Made by a program: the position numbers and the translations under genes. From an uncultured Alphaproteobacteria bacterium (GTDB lineage: Bacteria > Pseudomonadota > Alphaproteobacteria > CAVTAV01), in assembly GCA_963822835.1 (NCBI GenBank), contig CAWGIZ010000011.1, forward strand, positions 218,973 through 282,972: DNA of 64,000 nt, written 5' to 3'. Of the stretch, positions 42,991 to 55,623 are shown one piece after another. The notes under the pieces were generated by a model, which made no database searches, was not told the DNA's origin, and saw only the letters and a program-made list of their open reading frames with translations. Position 1 is the first letter of the stretch. The number at the start of each line of letters is the position of its first letter.

Positions 42991-43668
42991 CAAAGGGCGA
43001 GCGGCGGCGGCAAGATCGATTCAAGCCTGCCCTCGTCGATCTGCAGAATCGGCGCATTGACGCGCTCGGCGAGGCCCGAATCGTGAGTCGCGATGACGAT
43101 CGTGGTGCCGATCTTGTTCAACTCGACGAAGAGATGCAGCAGCCGCTCGCCCATCTTGCGGATCGACGTTGCCGGTCGGTTCGTCGGCGAGAAGAATGCT
43201 CGGCCGGGCGATCACGGCGCGGGCGATCGCGACCCGTTGCTGCTCGCCGCCCGAAAGCGTCGGCGGCCGCGCATTGATCCGGTCGGCGAGACCGACCCAG
43301 GCCAGAAGCTCGGCGACATGATCGCGGATCTGGTCCTCCCGCGCGCCGGCGATACGCAGCGGCAGCGCGACATTTTCCAGCGCGGTCAGATGCGGCAGCA
43401 GGCGGAAATCCTGGAACACCACGCCGATGCGCCGGCGCAGCGGCGGCAGATCCTTGCGCTCGGCCTTGGTGACGTCCTGGCCGAACATCGAGATCAATCC
43501 GCGCGACGGCCGGATCGCGAGATACATGAGCTTCAGAAGCGAGGATTTTCCGGCGCCGCTCGGCCCGGTGAGGAATTGAAAGGAACCCTGGTGGAGATCG
43601 AAGTTGACATCGCGCAGGACTTCCGGCCCCATGCCATAGCGCACGCCCACATTCTCGAACCGTATCAC
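42991..43668 (-). pseudogene. ftsE: cell-division ATP-binding protein FtsE, one frameshift near 43165
   Basis: GTG 43668: MIRFENVGVRYGMG...GPSGAGKSSLLK...[14 protein letters not shown]...[11 protein letters not shown] | [26 protein letters not shown]...*. An extra C in CCG-C-AAG accounts for the shift; the stop is at 42991. Confidence 0.85.
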
Positions 43669-43902
43669 GGTGCTCTGGCCCTCGCTCGTGCCGGCGGTCT
43701 TGCACCCGGCGACGACGCGGCCCGGCCGGTTCCGCTCCCAAGGCCCGGAGAATCGCATAGGCCGCGCCCTCGCGTCTAGCCCAAGTCCCGCCGAAAATCC
43801 CATTTCGAGACACCTCCGCAAAGTCGAATAATTCCAGGCATTTGAAAGGCTTGCGTTGGGGTATGTCGCTCTATAGAGTGGCGTTAACTAAGAGCTCTCC
43901 GA

Positions 43903-44821
43903 ATGATCATTTCCTGTCCAAATTGTTCGACGCGGTTCACGATTCACCGACGCCGCCATACCGGCGGACGGGCGGACCGTGCGCTGTTCGAAATGCGGAA
44001 CGAAATGGCATGAGAACAAGCCCGCCGAAGAGGCCGCGACGGAAGACCTCGAGCCCGAGACCGAGGCCGAGCCTGAACCGGCGCCGCCTGCCGCCTCGCT
44101 TCGCGACGTAAAAATCGACACGCCGCCCTGGTCTCCTCAGGAGGAGGCCGCCAACGATTCGCCCGCTCCCGATCTCGCCGATATCGATGTCGCCGGGGAA
44201 GCGTCGGCCGACGATGAGACCGAGGCAACGGAGAAAGCGGCCGACGACTCCGGAGGTCCGGACCTCACCGCCAAGCGCGACGAGGACGACGAGCTTCCCA
44301 AAGTCCTCAGGAAGAAGCCGATCGAGCCGGAGAAGGAACCGCCGTCGTTGATGTTCGGCTGGATCGCGCTCGGCGTGCTTGTGGTTCTCCTGCTCGGCGG
44401 CACCTTCGCGTTCAAGGATTCGATCGTGAGAGGCTGGCCGGCGGCTGCGCGGCTATACAACGCTCTCGGCATGTCCGTGGAGACACACGAGGCGGCCGCG
44501 CCGGAAGCGCCGAAGCCGGCGGCAGAGCAGGAGAAGCCGCAATTCCAGACGGAATCGGTGACGACGTCCACCGAGACGGTCGACGGCGTCGACTACCGCG
44601 TCGTGAACGGCACCGTCGTGAACACCGGCAAGGTGGCCGGGCCGGTGCCCGACATCCGCACCCGGCTCAGCGGCGAGGACCACAAGGTTCTCAGCGAAAC
44701 GGTGCACAAGCTGCCCGCAAGAACGCTGGCTCCCGGCGAGACCTCAACCTTTACCGTCCGAATCGCCAGCCCGCCCGCGGACGCACGTTATCTCGAAGTC
44801 GATACCGTTCCCGTTCAATAA
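43903..44821 (+). pseudogene. MJ0042-type zinc-ribbon / DUF3426-like membrane protein, one frameshift near 43945
   Basis: MIISCPNCSTRFTI | DAAIPADGRTVRCSKCGTKWHE..., followed by an acidic linker, a TM segment and a C-terminal beta domain. Divergent from ftsE, as in many alphaproteobacteria. Confidence 0.7.
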
Positions 44822-47322
44822 ACGTCGAGCAGACGGTTGATGTAGTCGAGCTCCTCGCGGGGCCGCTGCCATTCGCCTGAACGCTTGCGCAGCTCGTCGA
44901 GAATCTCGCGCGACCGCTGAACGTCGGCATCGGACGGCAGATCGACATGCTCGCTGCCGAAGCCTCCGGACGAGCCCTGCGCCGAGCCGTCGCCGCTGCC
45001 GCCGCCCTGACCCTGACCGGCCATCCGGTTGACGCTGTCGACGAGCTGGCCGATGCCGCTGCGCAGCCCCTGCAGCGCGCGCCCCTGATGACCGAGCGCC
45101 GCCCCGGCGTTCGACTCGCCGAGCGCCGACTTCGCGTCGCCCATGGACGACCCGGCATTCGACAGATTTTTCGGGATCGAGACGCCCTTGCCGCCGAGGC
45201 CTTGAAGGATCTTGCTCAACTCCTTCTCGAGCCCGCCCTGCTGGCCGGCGAGCCCCTGCATGGACTTGCCGGCGCCATCGTTGCTCTGTTTGCCGCCGGG
45301 CGAGCCGCCTTCCGCGCCTCCCTGACGCTGCTCGCCGTTCTGCTGCAGGGTCTGGTCCATCAGGTACTGCTGCTTGCGGGCAAGCGCGTCGAGCTCCGAG
45401 ATCGCCTGCTGCATGGCCTGCGCGGCCGGGTTTTGCGATGCCCCTGCTTGCGGCGTGCTCAGATTTTCCAGAACCGACTGCAGCTGGGAGAGAAGCTCCG
45501 AGGCCGCCTGCTTGGCGCCGGTCTGGCTCATGGAACGCGCCTTGTCCAGCATCTCGGCGGAGCTGATCGGGCGTGACCATCTGGCTATTGGGAGCGCCGG
45601 ACTGCTGATTCTGGGCCGACTTGCCGCCATTCTGCTTCTGTGCCTGGGCCTGCATCGCCCGAAGATAGTTTTCGAGTGCGGCCTGAAGCTGGTTCATCAG
45701 CCGTTCGATCTCTGCCTCGGACGCGCCTTCGGCAAGCGCCTTGCGAAGCTGCTCGGTCAACGCCCTGAGATCGGCGCGCGAGCGGGTGACCTTGTCGTTC
45801 TCCAGATGAATGGCGGTCTTCCACAGCGTGTCGCGCACGGCGTCGATCGCCTCGGCGCTCTGATCATATTGAGCCGCCAATAGGCGTCGCCTAGCGCCAG
45901 CGCGGTGGTGAGGTCCTTATCGAAGGAGTCCGGATTGTCCATGATCTGGGCGAGTCCCGCCTTCACGCCGGAGCGGTCTTCGGGGTGGTCCTTCAAGTGC
46001 TGTGCGCATCGCGATAAGCTTCTTCGCCACCGGATTGGTGAACTCGCGCTCGGGCAGCGTGAACTCGACCGGCTCGCTGACGCCGACCTGATTCAGCGCG
46101 TCACGCGCCTCGAGCCGCCCGATGACCTTCTCGCCCGCCCAAGGGTTATCCGTCAGATCCTGATAATGATCGCCGGAAATGCTCTTCTGGCCGCGCGCGG
46201 TGGGGAGATCGATCGACAGCACGTCCTTATCGTCGCCCGGCCGGTTCATCTTCAGCGTCACCGACTCGATGCCGTAATCATCCGCCGCGCCGAACTGGAC
46301 ATGAAGCGCATAGCCGACGGTCGCTTCCGGGGCGTGCATGAACGCGACGGCCGGCGGGCTGTCCGGGATGATCTCGACCTTCCATTTGCCGACCACGTCG
46401 CCGTCGTGACGGAGCGCCAGCGTCTGCTCCTTTTCGATCGGATAGACGATTTCCTCGGTCTTGCCGTCGACGCCCTGGAAGTTGCGCGCCTTGCCGTCGA
46501 CGAGGACCTCCGTTCCGCCGTCTCCGCCGCCGCGACGGGCGTGGAACTTGCTGCCCTGCGGCACCCGCAAGACCTTCTCGCCGTCGGTCACCGTGTCGGC
46601 CGCCTTCAATTCGCCGGCATGCAGAAAGACCGGCGCGTGGCCGGTATAGGCCGGCGGCGTGATCCAGGCATCGAGCGAGACGGGGGCGGCCGAGGCCAGC
46701 CTGAAACTCGGAGAAAAGCCGCTCAGAAGCCGCTTGGGCCAATCCGATCCGGCCGCCGCAAAACCAACCGCGAGGAGCACCAGCACCGCGGCCCGAAGCG
46801 CCCTCGGATCGCGCCGCGCCAGCTCGGGCGAGGGCCAGCCGACCTTGGGCCGGCCGATCCGCGCGCGGGCCCGGCGGATATGCTCGCGCCACAGGGAACG
46901 GCTGATCCCGTCGTCCGACGAATCGCGGCGGGGCGCTCGGCCATCACATCCGCAAGCGCGGCGATCGGGCGATGGGCGAGCCTGTTGCCGCGCTCCAGCC
47001 TCTCGATGGCGTCGGCCCGGCGCGGCATGTCGAACCGCATGAGGCCGCGCCACGCAAGATAGAGGAAGCCGGCGAAGGCGACCCAGAACAGGCCGGCATG
47101 GATCAGGCCGGGCAGCGACTGCCAGACATCGAGCAGGGAAAGCGCCGCGAGCACGCCGACATAGAGCGCGAGCGGCCAGAAGCAGACGCAAAGCTCTTCC
47201 CAGAGTAGCGCGGCACGGGTGACCAGGATCCGCTGTTCGAGATCGGGGGACAACGACGCACCATCGTCATGCGGACGAGGCTCCGCATGCTCCGGCGAGC
47301 GCGGCGTGTCCCGAAGGCTCAC
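44815..47322 (-). pseudogene. TIGR02302/DUF4175 family large membrane protein, about 4 frameshifts
   Basis: GTG 47322 (GTGA overlap with the lysA stop). N-terminal TM pair, then pieces joined near 46925, 46005, 45878 and 45575. The C-terminus reads ...RPREELDYINRLLDVY*. Confidence 0.7.
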
Positions 47323-48628
47323 CCCGCGCGCCTCTTCGGGCCGGGCACGGCGCCCGACTCATCAAGCCAGCCTGGAACGGATTCGAGCTCGATCATTTCC
47401 TCGAAACTCTGCCGGCGGCGGACCATGTCGTAGCGATCGCCCTTGACCAGAACCTCCGGCACGAGCGGCCGCGCGTTATAGGTCGAGGACAGCACCGCGC
47501 CATAGGCGCCCGCCGAGCGGATGGCGACCAGATCGCCCTCGGCAGCTCCGGCAATTCGCGGTCGCGCGCGAAGGTGTCCGTCGTCTCGCAAATCGGTCCG
47601 ACAACATCATACTCTCTAAGAGTGACATCGGAGGCCGGCGCAATCAATGGCACGATCTCGGTGAACCGCGTCATAAAGCGCCGGACGGATGAGATCGTTC
47701 ATCGCGGCGTCGAGGATCGCGAAGCTGCGGTGCTCCGAGTCCTTGAGATAGATCACCCGCGACACCAGAATGCCGGCATTGCCGACGATCAACCGGCCGG
47801 GCTCCAGAATGATCTGGCAGCCGACCATGCGATTCGCCATCCGCGCGATCATGCGGGCGTAGTCGGCGGGCGAGGGCGGCATTTCGGCGGAATAGGGAAT
47901 GCCGAGCCCGCCGCCGAGATCGAGCCGCTCGATGAAATGGCCGTCCTCGCGAAGCTGCTGGACGAGCTCGGTCACCCGCTCGAAGGCCGCCTCGAAGGGC
48001 GAGAGCTCGGTGAGCTGCGAGCCGATATGGACGTCGACGCCGACGATGCGGATGCCGGAGAGCGTGGCGGCGCGGCGATAGATCTCGCGCGCCCAGTCCC
48101 AGGGAATCCGAACTTGTTTTCCTTGAGCCCGGTGGAGATCTTGGCGTGGGTCTTGGCATCGACATCCGGATTGACCCGAAGCGTGATCGGCGCGGTGGTG
48201 CCGCGTGAGCGCGCGACCTCATCGAGCGCCAGAAGCTCGGCCTCGGATTCGACATTGAACTGGTGAATGCCGGCCTCGAGCGCGAGCGCCATTTCCTCGC
48301 GGGTCTTGCCGACCCCGGAGAAGACGATGCGCTCCGCCGGAATCCCGGCCAGCATGGCGCGTTTCAGCTCGCCGCCCGAAACCACGTCGGCGCCGGCGCC
48401 GAGCCGCGCCAGTGTCGCGACCACGCCGAGATTGCCATTCGCCTTGATCGAATAGCACACCATCGCGTCGACATTGTTTTCGCGGAATGCGCCGGAAAAC
48501 ACCTTGTAATGGCGCTCCAGCGTCGCCGTCGAATAACAATAGAACGGCGTGCCGACCTCCGCGGCGATCCGCTCAAGGGGAATGTCTTCGGCGAACAGGC
48601 GGCCGTCGCGATAATCGAAATGATCCAT
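47319..48628 (-). pseudogene. lysA: diaminopimelate decarboxylase, 3 frameshifts (about 48105, 47683, 47553)
   Basis: MDHFDYRDGRLFAEDIPL...YSIKANGNL...KFGFP | WDWAREIY...HIGSQ...LDLGGGLGIPY... | ...DVVGPICETTD | GDLVAIRSAGAYG...*. Confidence 0.85.
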
Positions 48629-48672
48629 CGATCTCTCTTATATGTTCCGGTCGGACCCTCGACGGCTCACAT

Positions 48673-48822
48673 CTAGAAGCCGGACGAGTTCTTTTCCTTC
48701 TTCTGCTGGCCCGGATTGGCGGTCCGGCCATCCGGCAATTCGAGCGGGCCTTTCTTGCCGCAGGCCGCCAGCGTCGAGGCGGCCATGATCGACAAGAGCA
48801 GAATGGCGATCAGTCTCTTCAC
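48673..48822 (-). CDS. lptM: small lipoprotein, LptM/YifL-like (49 aa, below the ORF-track cutoff)
   Basis: GTG 48822 (GTGA overlap with the argH stop): [32 protein letters not shown]...SSGF*. It has a lipobox (LAAC) plus the GKKGPL motif, in the conserved argH-lptM-lysA position. Confidence 0.7.
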   Translation of the reverse strand: MKRLIAILLLSIMAASTLAACGKKGPLELPDGRTANPGQQKKEKNSSGF

Positions 48823-50297
48823 GCGCCCGACTCCAGATCGCGCCGCGCCGCGGCAATGGCTTCCTTCACCCGCGAGGGCGCGGTTCCGCCAAGGCTCGTG
48901 CGGCTGTTCACCGAATTCTCGACGCCCAGAACCTCAAAGATATCGGGACGGATCGCCGGCTCGACGCCCTGCATCTCCGAAAGCGTCAGATCCTCGATCC
49001 CGACGCCCTTGCCTTCGGCCAGCGCGACGATACGCCCCGTGACGTGATGGGCCTGACGGAACGGCATGCCGAGCGTGCGGACGAGCCAGTCGGCGAGATC
49101 CGTCGCGGTGGTGAAACCGGCCCCGGCGGACGTCGCCATCCGTTCCTTGTTGACCTTCAGGTCCCGGATCATGCCGGTCATGGCGGCGACACACAGGGCG
49201 ATCGAATCCGCCGCGTCGAACACGGGTTCCTTGTCTTCCTGCATGTCCTTCGAATAAGCGAGCGGCAGGCCCTTCATGACGACCAGCAGCCCCTGCAGCG
49301 CGCCGAAAATCCGTCCCGCCTTGGCGCGGGTCAGCTCGGCGGCGTCCGGGTTGCGCTTCTGCGGCATGATCGACGAACCGGTCGAGAAGGAATCCGACAA
49401 TCTCACAAAGGCGAATTGCGCGCTCGACCAAACGACGATCTCCTCGGCGAGCCGCGAGAGGTGCATCGCCGCGATCGAAGCCGCCGACAGAAATTCCAGC
49501 GCGAAATCCCGGTCGGACACCGCGTCGATCGAGTTCCGCATCGGCCGGTCGAACCCGAGCGCCTTCGCTGTCCGGTTGCGGTCTATCGGGAAAGACGTCC
49601 CGGCGAGCGCGGCGGCGCCGAGCGGGCTTTCGTTCAACCGCGCGCGGCAATCCCGGAACCGGCCCCGGTCGCGCGAGACCATCTCGACATAGGCCATCAG
49701 GTGATGACCGAAGGTCACCGGCTGCGCGGCCTGCAAATGGGTGAAGCCTGGCATCACCGTTCCGGCATGGGCCTCGGCTTGATCGATAAGCGCGACGAGC
49801 AGGGCCTTGAGCGCCGTATCCAGCGTATCGAGCGTATCCCGCACCCAGATCCGGAAATCGGTCGCCACCTGATCGTTGCGCGAGCGCGCGGTGTGCAGCC
49901 GTCCGGCGGAGGCGCCGATCAGTTCGGAAAGCCGCGCCTCGACATGCATGTGAATGTCTTCGAGCGTCGGATCGAGCGCCATCTTGCCGGCATCGATCTC
50001 GGCCAGCACCTGCTCCAGCCCGTGCTGGATCGCGGCGCCGTCCTCAGCCGGAATGATGCCCTGATTTGTCAGCATGGCGGCATGAGCCTTCGACGCCGCG
50101 ATATCCTGCTTGTAGAGCCGGATGTCGAAGCCGATGGAGGCGTTGATTTCCTGCATGATGGCGGCCGGACCGCCGGCAAAGCGCCCGCCCCACATCGAAT
50201 TGGCGGCATCCGCCGGCGCGGCCTTGGCTTGTGGCGCCGGGGCCGGGGTGGCATTATCCGCCTGAGGGTCGGTCTTGCGTGTCTGTTGCGTCATCAC
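48819..50297 (-). CDS. argH: argininosuccinate lyase
   Basis: Intact 492 aa. The conserved MWGGRFAGG starts 34 codons into the ORF, after an Ala/Pro-rich extension. The fumarate-lyase signature [12 protein letters not shown] is present. Confidence 0.9.
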   Translation of the reverse strand: MMTQQTRKTDPQADNATPAPAPQAKAAPADAANSMWGGRFAGGPAAIMQEINASIGFDIRLYKQDIAASKAHAAMLTNQGIIPAEDGAAIQHGLEQVLAEIDAGKMALDPTLEDIHMHVEARLSELIGASAGRLHTARSRNDQVATDFRIWVRDTLDTLDTALKALLVALIDQAEAHAGTVMPGFTHLQAAQPVTFGHHLMAYVEMVSRDRGRFRDCRARLNESPLGAAALAGTSFPIDRNRTAKALGFDRPMRNSIDAVSDRDFALEFLSAASIAAMHLSRLAEEIVVWSSAQFAFVRLSDSFSTGSSIMPQKRNPDAAELTRAKAGRIFGALQGLLVVMKGLPLAYSKDMQEDKEPVFDAADSIALCVAAMTGMIRDLKVNKERMATSAGAGFTTATDLADWLVRTLGMPFRQAHHVTGRIVALAEGKGVGIEDLTLSEMQGVEPAIRPDIFEVLGVENSVNSRTSLGGTAPSRVKEAIAAARRDLESGA

Positions 50298-50376
50298 CGG
50301 TCCCGGGACATGAGGTCCGAAAATTACATCACGAGGCGGCCTGCATATCCTGGCGATAGAAGGCCGTTAAGAGCAT

Positions 50377-50972
<596 letters not shown>

Positions 50973-50977
50973 GCGGA

Positions 50978-51850
50978 TTACCGCGTCGGTGTCGGCGTGT
51001 CGGTGGTGTAGTCGTAGAAGCCGCGGCCGACCTTGCGGCCGATCCAGCCGGCTTCGACATATTTCACCAGCAGCGGACAGGGCCGGTATTTGGAATCCGC
51101 GAGGCCTTCGTAGAGCACCTGCATGACCGAGAGGCAGGTGTCGAGACCGATGAAATCGGCAAGCTGCAGCGGCCCCATCGGGTGATTGGCGCCGAGCCGC
51201 ATGGCGGTGTCGATCGCCTCCACCGTGCCGACGCCTTCATACAGCGTATAGATCGCCTCGTTGATCATCGGCAGCAGGATGCGGTTGACGATGAAGGCCG
51301 GGAAATCTTCGGCGTTGGCCGGCGTCTTGCCGATCTTCTGCACAACCTCGCGGATCACCTTGAAGGTGTCCTCGCCGGTCGCGATGCCGCGGATCAGCTC
51401 GACGAGCTGCATCAGGGGCACCGGGTTCATGAAATGCATGCCGATGAATTTTTCGGGACGGTCGGTCGACGAGGCGAGGCGGGTGATGGAGATCGACGAG
51501 GTGTTGGACGCGATGATCGCGGACGGCTTCAGATTCGGACAAAGCTCCTTGAAGATCCGGCGCTTCACTTCCTCGTTCTCGACAGCGGCCTCGATGACGA
51601 GATCACTGTCCTTGAAGTCCGCCATGCTGCCGGCGCGCTTGATCAGGCTCATCGCCTTCTTGTGATCGGCGTCCTTGATCATCCCGCGGGAGACCTGACG
51701 CTCCATATTGTGGTCGATCTTCTTGATAGCGATGTCCACGGCATCGGGCGCGACGTCGTAGATGAGAACGTCGAAGCCCGAAAGGGAACAGACATGGGCG
51801 ATACCGTTCCCCATCTGTCCGGCCCCGATGATTCCGATCTTCTTGATCAT
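50978..51850 (-). CDS. hbd: 3-hydroxybutyryl-CoA dehydrogenase
   Basis: [18 protein letters not shown]... from ATG 51850, about 290 aa, with the HFMNPVP motif. Confidence 0.9.
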   Translation of the reverse strand: MIKKIGIIGAGQMGNGIAHVCSLSGFDVLIYDVAPDAVDIAIKKIDHNMERQVSRGMIKDADHKKAMSLIKRAGSMADFKDSDLVIEAAVENEEVKRRIFKELCPNLKPSAIIASNTSSISITRLASSTDRPEKFIGMHFMNPVPLMQLVELIRGIATGEDTFKVIREVVQKIGKTPANAEDFPAFIVNRILLPMINEAIYTLYEGVGTVEAIDTAMRLGANHPMGPLQLADFIGLDTCLSVMQVLYEGLADSKYRPCPLLVKYVEAGWIGRKVGRGFYDYTTDTPTPTR

Positions 51851-51903
51851 GACCTTCGTTCCGTCTTTGCTCTCGCCCCGCTCCAGCGTCATCTGATCAA
51901 CCA

Positions 51904-52833
51904 TTATAGTGCATCCGCCAGTTCGGGTAGAGCCTTGAAGAGATCCGCCACCAGACCGTAATCGGCGACCTGGAAAATCGGCGCTTCTTCGTCCTTGTTG
52001 ATTGCGACGATGACCTTGCTGTCCTTCATGCCGGCGAGATGCTGGATCGCACCGGAAATGCCGACGGCGATATAGAGTTCCGGCGCGACGATCTTGCCGG
52101 TCTGGCCGACCTGATAGTCGTTCGGCACGAAGCCGGCATCCACGGCAGCACGGCTGGCGCCGATGGCGGCGTTGAGCTTGTCCGCGACCTTCTCCAGCAG
52201 CACGAAATTCTCCCCGCTGCCCATGCCCCGGCCGCCGGAGATGATGATCCGCGCCGAGGTGAGCTCCGGCCGCTCGGATTTCGACAGTTCCTGACCGACG
52301 AAGCTCGAAAGTCCCGGATTGCCCGCGCCTGAGACCGACTCGACGGCGGCGGAGCCGCCCTCGGCAGCCGCCTTCTCGAACCCGGTGGCGCGCACCGTGA
52401 TGATCTTTTTCGCGTCAGCGGACTTTACCGTCGCGATCGCGTTGCCGGCATAAATGGGCCGCTTGAAGGTATCGCCAGAAATGACCTCGATGATATCGGA
52501 GATCTGGGAGACATCGAGCAACGCGGCGACCCGCGGCATGATGTTCTTGCCCGTCGTCGTCGCCGGGGCGAGCACCGCGTCGTAACCGGCGGCAAGCGTC
52601 ACGATGAGCGGCGCGACGGCTTCGGCGAGCGGATGCTCATAGTCCGGCGCGTCGGCGACGAGCACCTTCGATACGCCCGCGACCTTCGCCGCAGCTTCGG
52701 CGGCGGGGCCACAATTCGAGCCCGCGACCAGAACATGCACATCCGAGCCAAGCTTGCCGGCGGCAGTCACCGTATTGAGCGTCGCGTCCTTCAGCGAGGC
52801 GTTGTCATGCTCCGCGACAACCAGACTTGCCAT
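51904..52833 (-). CDS. etfA: electron transfer flavoprotein alpha subunit
   Basis: 309 aa with the FAD-binding C-terminus ([19 protein letters not shown]). Confidence 0.9.
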   Translation of the reverse strand: MASLVVAEHDNASLKDATLNTVTAAGKLGSDVHVLVAGSNCGPAAEAAAKVAGVSKVLVADAPDYEHPLAEAVAPLIVTLAAGYDAVLAPATTTGKNIMPRVAALLDVSQISDIIEVISGDTFKRPIYAGNAIATVKSADAKKIITVRATGFEKAAAEGGSAAVESVSGAGNPGLSSFVGQELSKSERPELTSARIIISGGRGMGSGENFVLLEKVADKLNAAIGASRAAVDAGFVPNDYQVGQTGKIVAPELYIAVGISGAIQHLAGMKDSKVIVAINKDEEAPIFQVADYGLVADLFKALPELADAL

Positions 52834-53582
52834 CAGATAACTCCCGCCTCGTTCTTGAGCTTGTCCACGAGTTCGGCCACCGAGGCCACCTTGACGCCGG
52901 CCTTGCGGCCCGCGGGCGCCTCAACCTTGAGGGTCTGGAGACGCGGCGCGATATCGACGCCGTAATCCTCGGGCGTCTTCTCCTCGATCGGCTTCTTCTT
53001 CGCCTTCATGATATTGGGGAGCGATGCGTAACGCGGCTCATTGAGGCGGAGATCGGTGGTGATGATCGCCGGCAGCTTGAGGGAGACGGTTTCCAGACCG
53101 CCATCGACTTCGCGCATGACCTCGACCTTGTCGGATTCCACGGTCACCTTCGACGCGAAAGTGCCCTGGGCCCAGCCGAGCAGCGCGCCGAGCATCTGTC
53201 CGGTCTGGTTGCAGTCATCGTCGATCGCCTGCTTGCCGAGAAGCACGATCTGAGGCTGTTCCGCCTCGACGATGGCCTTGAGGATCTTCGCGACGCCAAG
53301 CGGCTCGACCACGGCGTCGGTCTTTACGAGAATGCCCCGGTCGGCGCCCATCGCGAGCGCCGTTCTGATCGTCTCCTGGCATTGCGGGACGCCGATCGAC
53401 ACGGCGATGACTTCCTGCGCCTTGCCGGCTTCCTTGATGCGGAGCGCTTCCTCGACGGCAATTTCGTCGAAGGGATTCATCGACATCTTCACATTAGCGA
53501 GGTCGACGCCGGTATTGTCTTGCTTGACGCGGATCTTGACGTTGTAGTCGACCACGCGTTTCACAGGCACAAGAATCTTCAT
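52833..53582 (-). CDS. etfB: electron transfer flavoprotein beta subunit
   Basis: 249 aa; [19 protein letters not shown] is the classic EtfB N-terminus. Confidence 0.9.
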   Translation of the reverse strand: MKILVPVKRVVDYNVKIRVKQDNTGVDLANVKMSMNPFDEIAVEEALRIKEAGKAQEVIAVSIGVPQCQETIRTALAMGADRGILVKTDAVVEPLGVAKILKAIVEAEQPQIVLLGKQAIDDDCNQTGQMLGALLGWAQGTFASKVTVESDKVEVMREVDGGLETVSLKLPAIITTDLRLNEPRYASLPNIMKAKKKPIEEKTPEDYGVDIAPRLQTLKVEAPAGRKAGVKVASVAELVDKLKNEAGVI

Positions 53583-53811
53583 CGCGCGCCCATTTCCAGT
53601 GTCTCCTCCCCGAGTCTCCGAGGCTGACCGGTATCCCTAACCCTCGCGCCTGCGGAAAGCGTCTTTTCAGCCGATTTCCGCGTTATGGGATGGTCACCCG
53701 CCACAGCTTTATCGCATTGCACAATTACCGCATGCTTAAACGATGGTCATAAAGCTGTCAACGAAGCTGACCGCTTGAAGCAAAACGGCTTTTCGTCAAT
53801 ACGCCGAGTTT

Positions 53812-54369
53812 TCAACGATTTGCGCCGGGCACCCAGAGGACGTCCTTCGCGCCGTCCCCGTTGCAATGACGCGCCAGCACGAAAAGCAGGTCCGACAGCC
53901 GGTTGACATATTTGATCGCCTCGGGATTGACCGGCTCGCCCGCGGCCAGCGCCGTCATGCGGCGTTCGGCCCGGCGGACGACGGTCCGTGCCAGATGAAG
54001 CTGGGCCGCAAGCCTCGTCCCGCCCGGCAGGATGAACGAGGTGAGCGGAGCTAGATGCTGGTTGACGTCGTCTATCTCCCGTTCCAGCCGCTCGACCTGG
54101 GCCGCCATGATTCTCAAGGCGCCGTCGCCGGGCTGCCCGGGTGTCGCGAGGTCAGCGCCGAGATCGAATAGATCATTCTGAATGCGCGCCAGCGCGGCGT
54201 CGATGACGGAATCGGCCTCAAGACGGGCCATGCCGAGCACGGCATTCGCCTCATCGACCGCGCCGTAGGCCTCGACCCTGAGATCGTGCTTGGCGCGGCG
54301 CGGGCCGGACACGAGCCCCGTGTCTCCGGCATCGCCGGTGCGGGTATAGATCTTGTTGAGCTTGACCAT
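53812..54369 (-). CDS. PduO-type ATP:cob(I)alamin adenosyltransferase (MMAB homologue)
   Basis: MVKLNKIYTRTGDAGDTGL... is the hallmark N-terminus; about 185 aa. Confidence 0.85.
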   Translation of the reverse strand: MVKLNKIYTRTGDAGDTGLVSGPRRAKHDLRVEAYGAVDEANAVLGMARLEADSVIDAALARIQNDLFDLGADLATPGQPGDGALRIMAAQVERLEREIDDVNQHLAPLTSFILPGGTRLAAQLHLARTVVRRAERRMTALAAGEPVNPEAIKYVNRLSDLLFVLARHCNGDGAKDVLWVPGANR

Positions 54370-54405
54370 GAGCCGCTCCACGCAAGCTGTGACGACCGGG
54401 GAAAA

Positions 54406-54597
54406 TCAGTGCCGGAACAGGAAGGCCAGGCCGATGAGCATTACCGCGACAAATTGGATGATCACGCGGAGTTGCATCAACTTGTTGCCGTATTTGGTGT
54501 TAAACTCGCCTCCCCGGAACATCGACACGATGCCGGTGATCAGTACGAACAGTAACGCGAGTAGTGCGAGTGAGATGAGTACGGTGAAAAAACTCAT
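54406..54597 (-). CDS. twin-transmembrane-helix small protein (HIG1 domain)
   Basis: 63 aa with two hydrophobic helices separated by FRGGEFNTKYGNKLMQLRV. Confidence 0.7.
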   Translation of the reverse strand: MSFFTVLISLALLALLFVLITGIVSMFRGGEFNTKYGNKLMQLRVIIQFVAVMLIGLAFLFRH

Positions 54598-54824
54598 GGT
54601 GTCACAGGAAACTCCGCCAATCGGACGGCGCGGAAATCAGGGCTTCGGCCCGGCCATTCCGGCCTCCCCGGCACGTTGGCGCGCGCGCCAAACGGCGTGA
54701 GAAAGCGGCGCCAATCGCCGCTATTCACTGAATCCTAACTTAATTGAGCCGATTATTGAAATCATAGGATTCATGGGGGTGGTTTGGCCGCCCCCATATT
54801 TGATGTCGGCTTTCGGAGTCTACA

Positions 54825-55553
54825 ATGTTGAAGTTCTGGCAGGGTTTTTCGAGCTCGAAGACCATGGATCGTTTCGCAGGCGTAACATATAATCGCACCA
54901 TCTCGACGATCGGCGCGGTGGCCATCGCGGCACTCGGTATCTTCGTTGCGGCTCCGATTTCCGTGGTCAAGGCGCAAGACCTCAAGGAAACGAATCCGGC
55001 GCCTACATTGCCCGAGACCAAGTTCACTCCGCCGGTCTATGACAAGCAAAACGGCAGCTATTACGAAATGGTCGGCTTTCAGGGTGACGGCGAAGGTACC
55101 TGGGGCGAAGCTGTCCAGGCTGTCGACGGACGTACCTATAAGGGCCGTAAGGGCCGGATGGCGGTGGTCAAGGACCGCGCCACGAACAATTTCCTGTTGC
55201 GCAATTTCGGATACAAGATGGCGAGCGAGGCCTGGTTCGGCTTGGCCTATCATTGCGATTCCCGCCAGTTGATCTGGTCCGACGGCACGATCTTCAAGCC
55301 GGGCGATTTCGCGAACTGGAACAACCAGTGGTACCGCAGCTTTGACGAAACCTGCGACTTCGGCTCCATCGAATTCGTCGACCGACGCCTGATGCCGGTT
55401 TACTACATGACGACCAATCATGGCTTCACCTGGCAGGCAACCGGCGAGGAAAAGGTGTTCTCGAACATCTTCGTCGAATATCCCGCCCCCGAAGCCGACA
55501 AGAAAAAGACGTCGAGCAAGGACTCCAAGGAGACCACCGCTTCGGCGAAATGA
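54825..55553 (+). CDS. secreted protein with a C-type-lectin-like domain (hypothetical)
   Basis: 242 aa (alternative start 54864) with a signal/anchor (IGAVAIAALGIFVAAPISVVKA) and a CTLD-like pattern (W.EA...G.MAVVKD...N.FL...EAWFGL...LIWSDGT...FANWN...C...). The region is visibly more AT-rich than its flanks. Confidence 0.5.
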   Translation: MLKFWQGFSSSKTMDRFAGVTYNRTISTIGAVAIAALGIFVAAPISVVKAQDLKETNPAPTLPETKFTPPVYDKQNGSYYEMVGFQGDGEGTWGEAVQAVDGRTYKGRKGRMAVVKDRATNNFLLRNFGYKMASEAWFGLAYHCDSRQLIWSDGTIFKPGDFANWNNQWYRSFDETCDFGSIEFVDRRLMPVYYMTTNHGFTWQATGEEKVFSNIFVEYPAPEADKKKTSSKDSKETTASAK

Positions 55554-55587
55554 CCGCCGCTTCCGGCGGACGACGTGAGATCGAAAA

Positions 55588-55618
55588 GGCCGTGTCCTCG
55601 ACACGGCCTTTTTCTTTT
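55588..55618. terminator. bidirectional rho-independent terminator
   Basis: Perfect 8-bp stem GGCCGTGT/ACACGGCC with a 5-nt loop, flanked by GAAAA on the 5' side and TTTTTCTTTT on the 3' side. It sits between convergent genes. Confidence 0.8.
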
Positions 55619-55623
55619 GAGCG

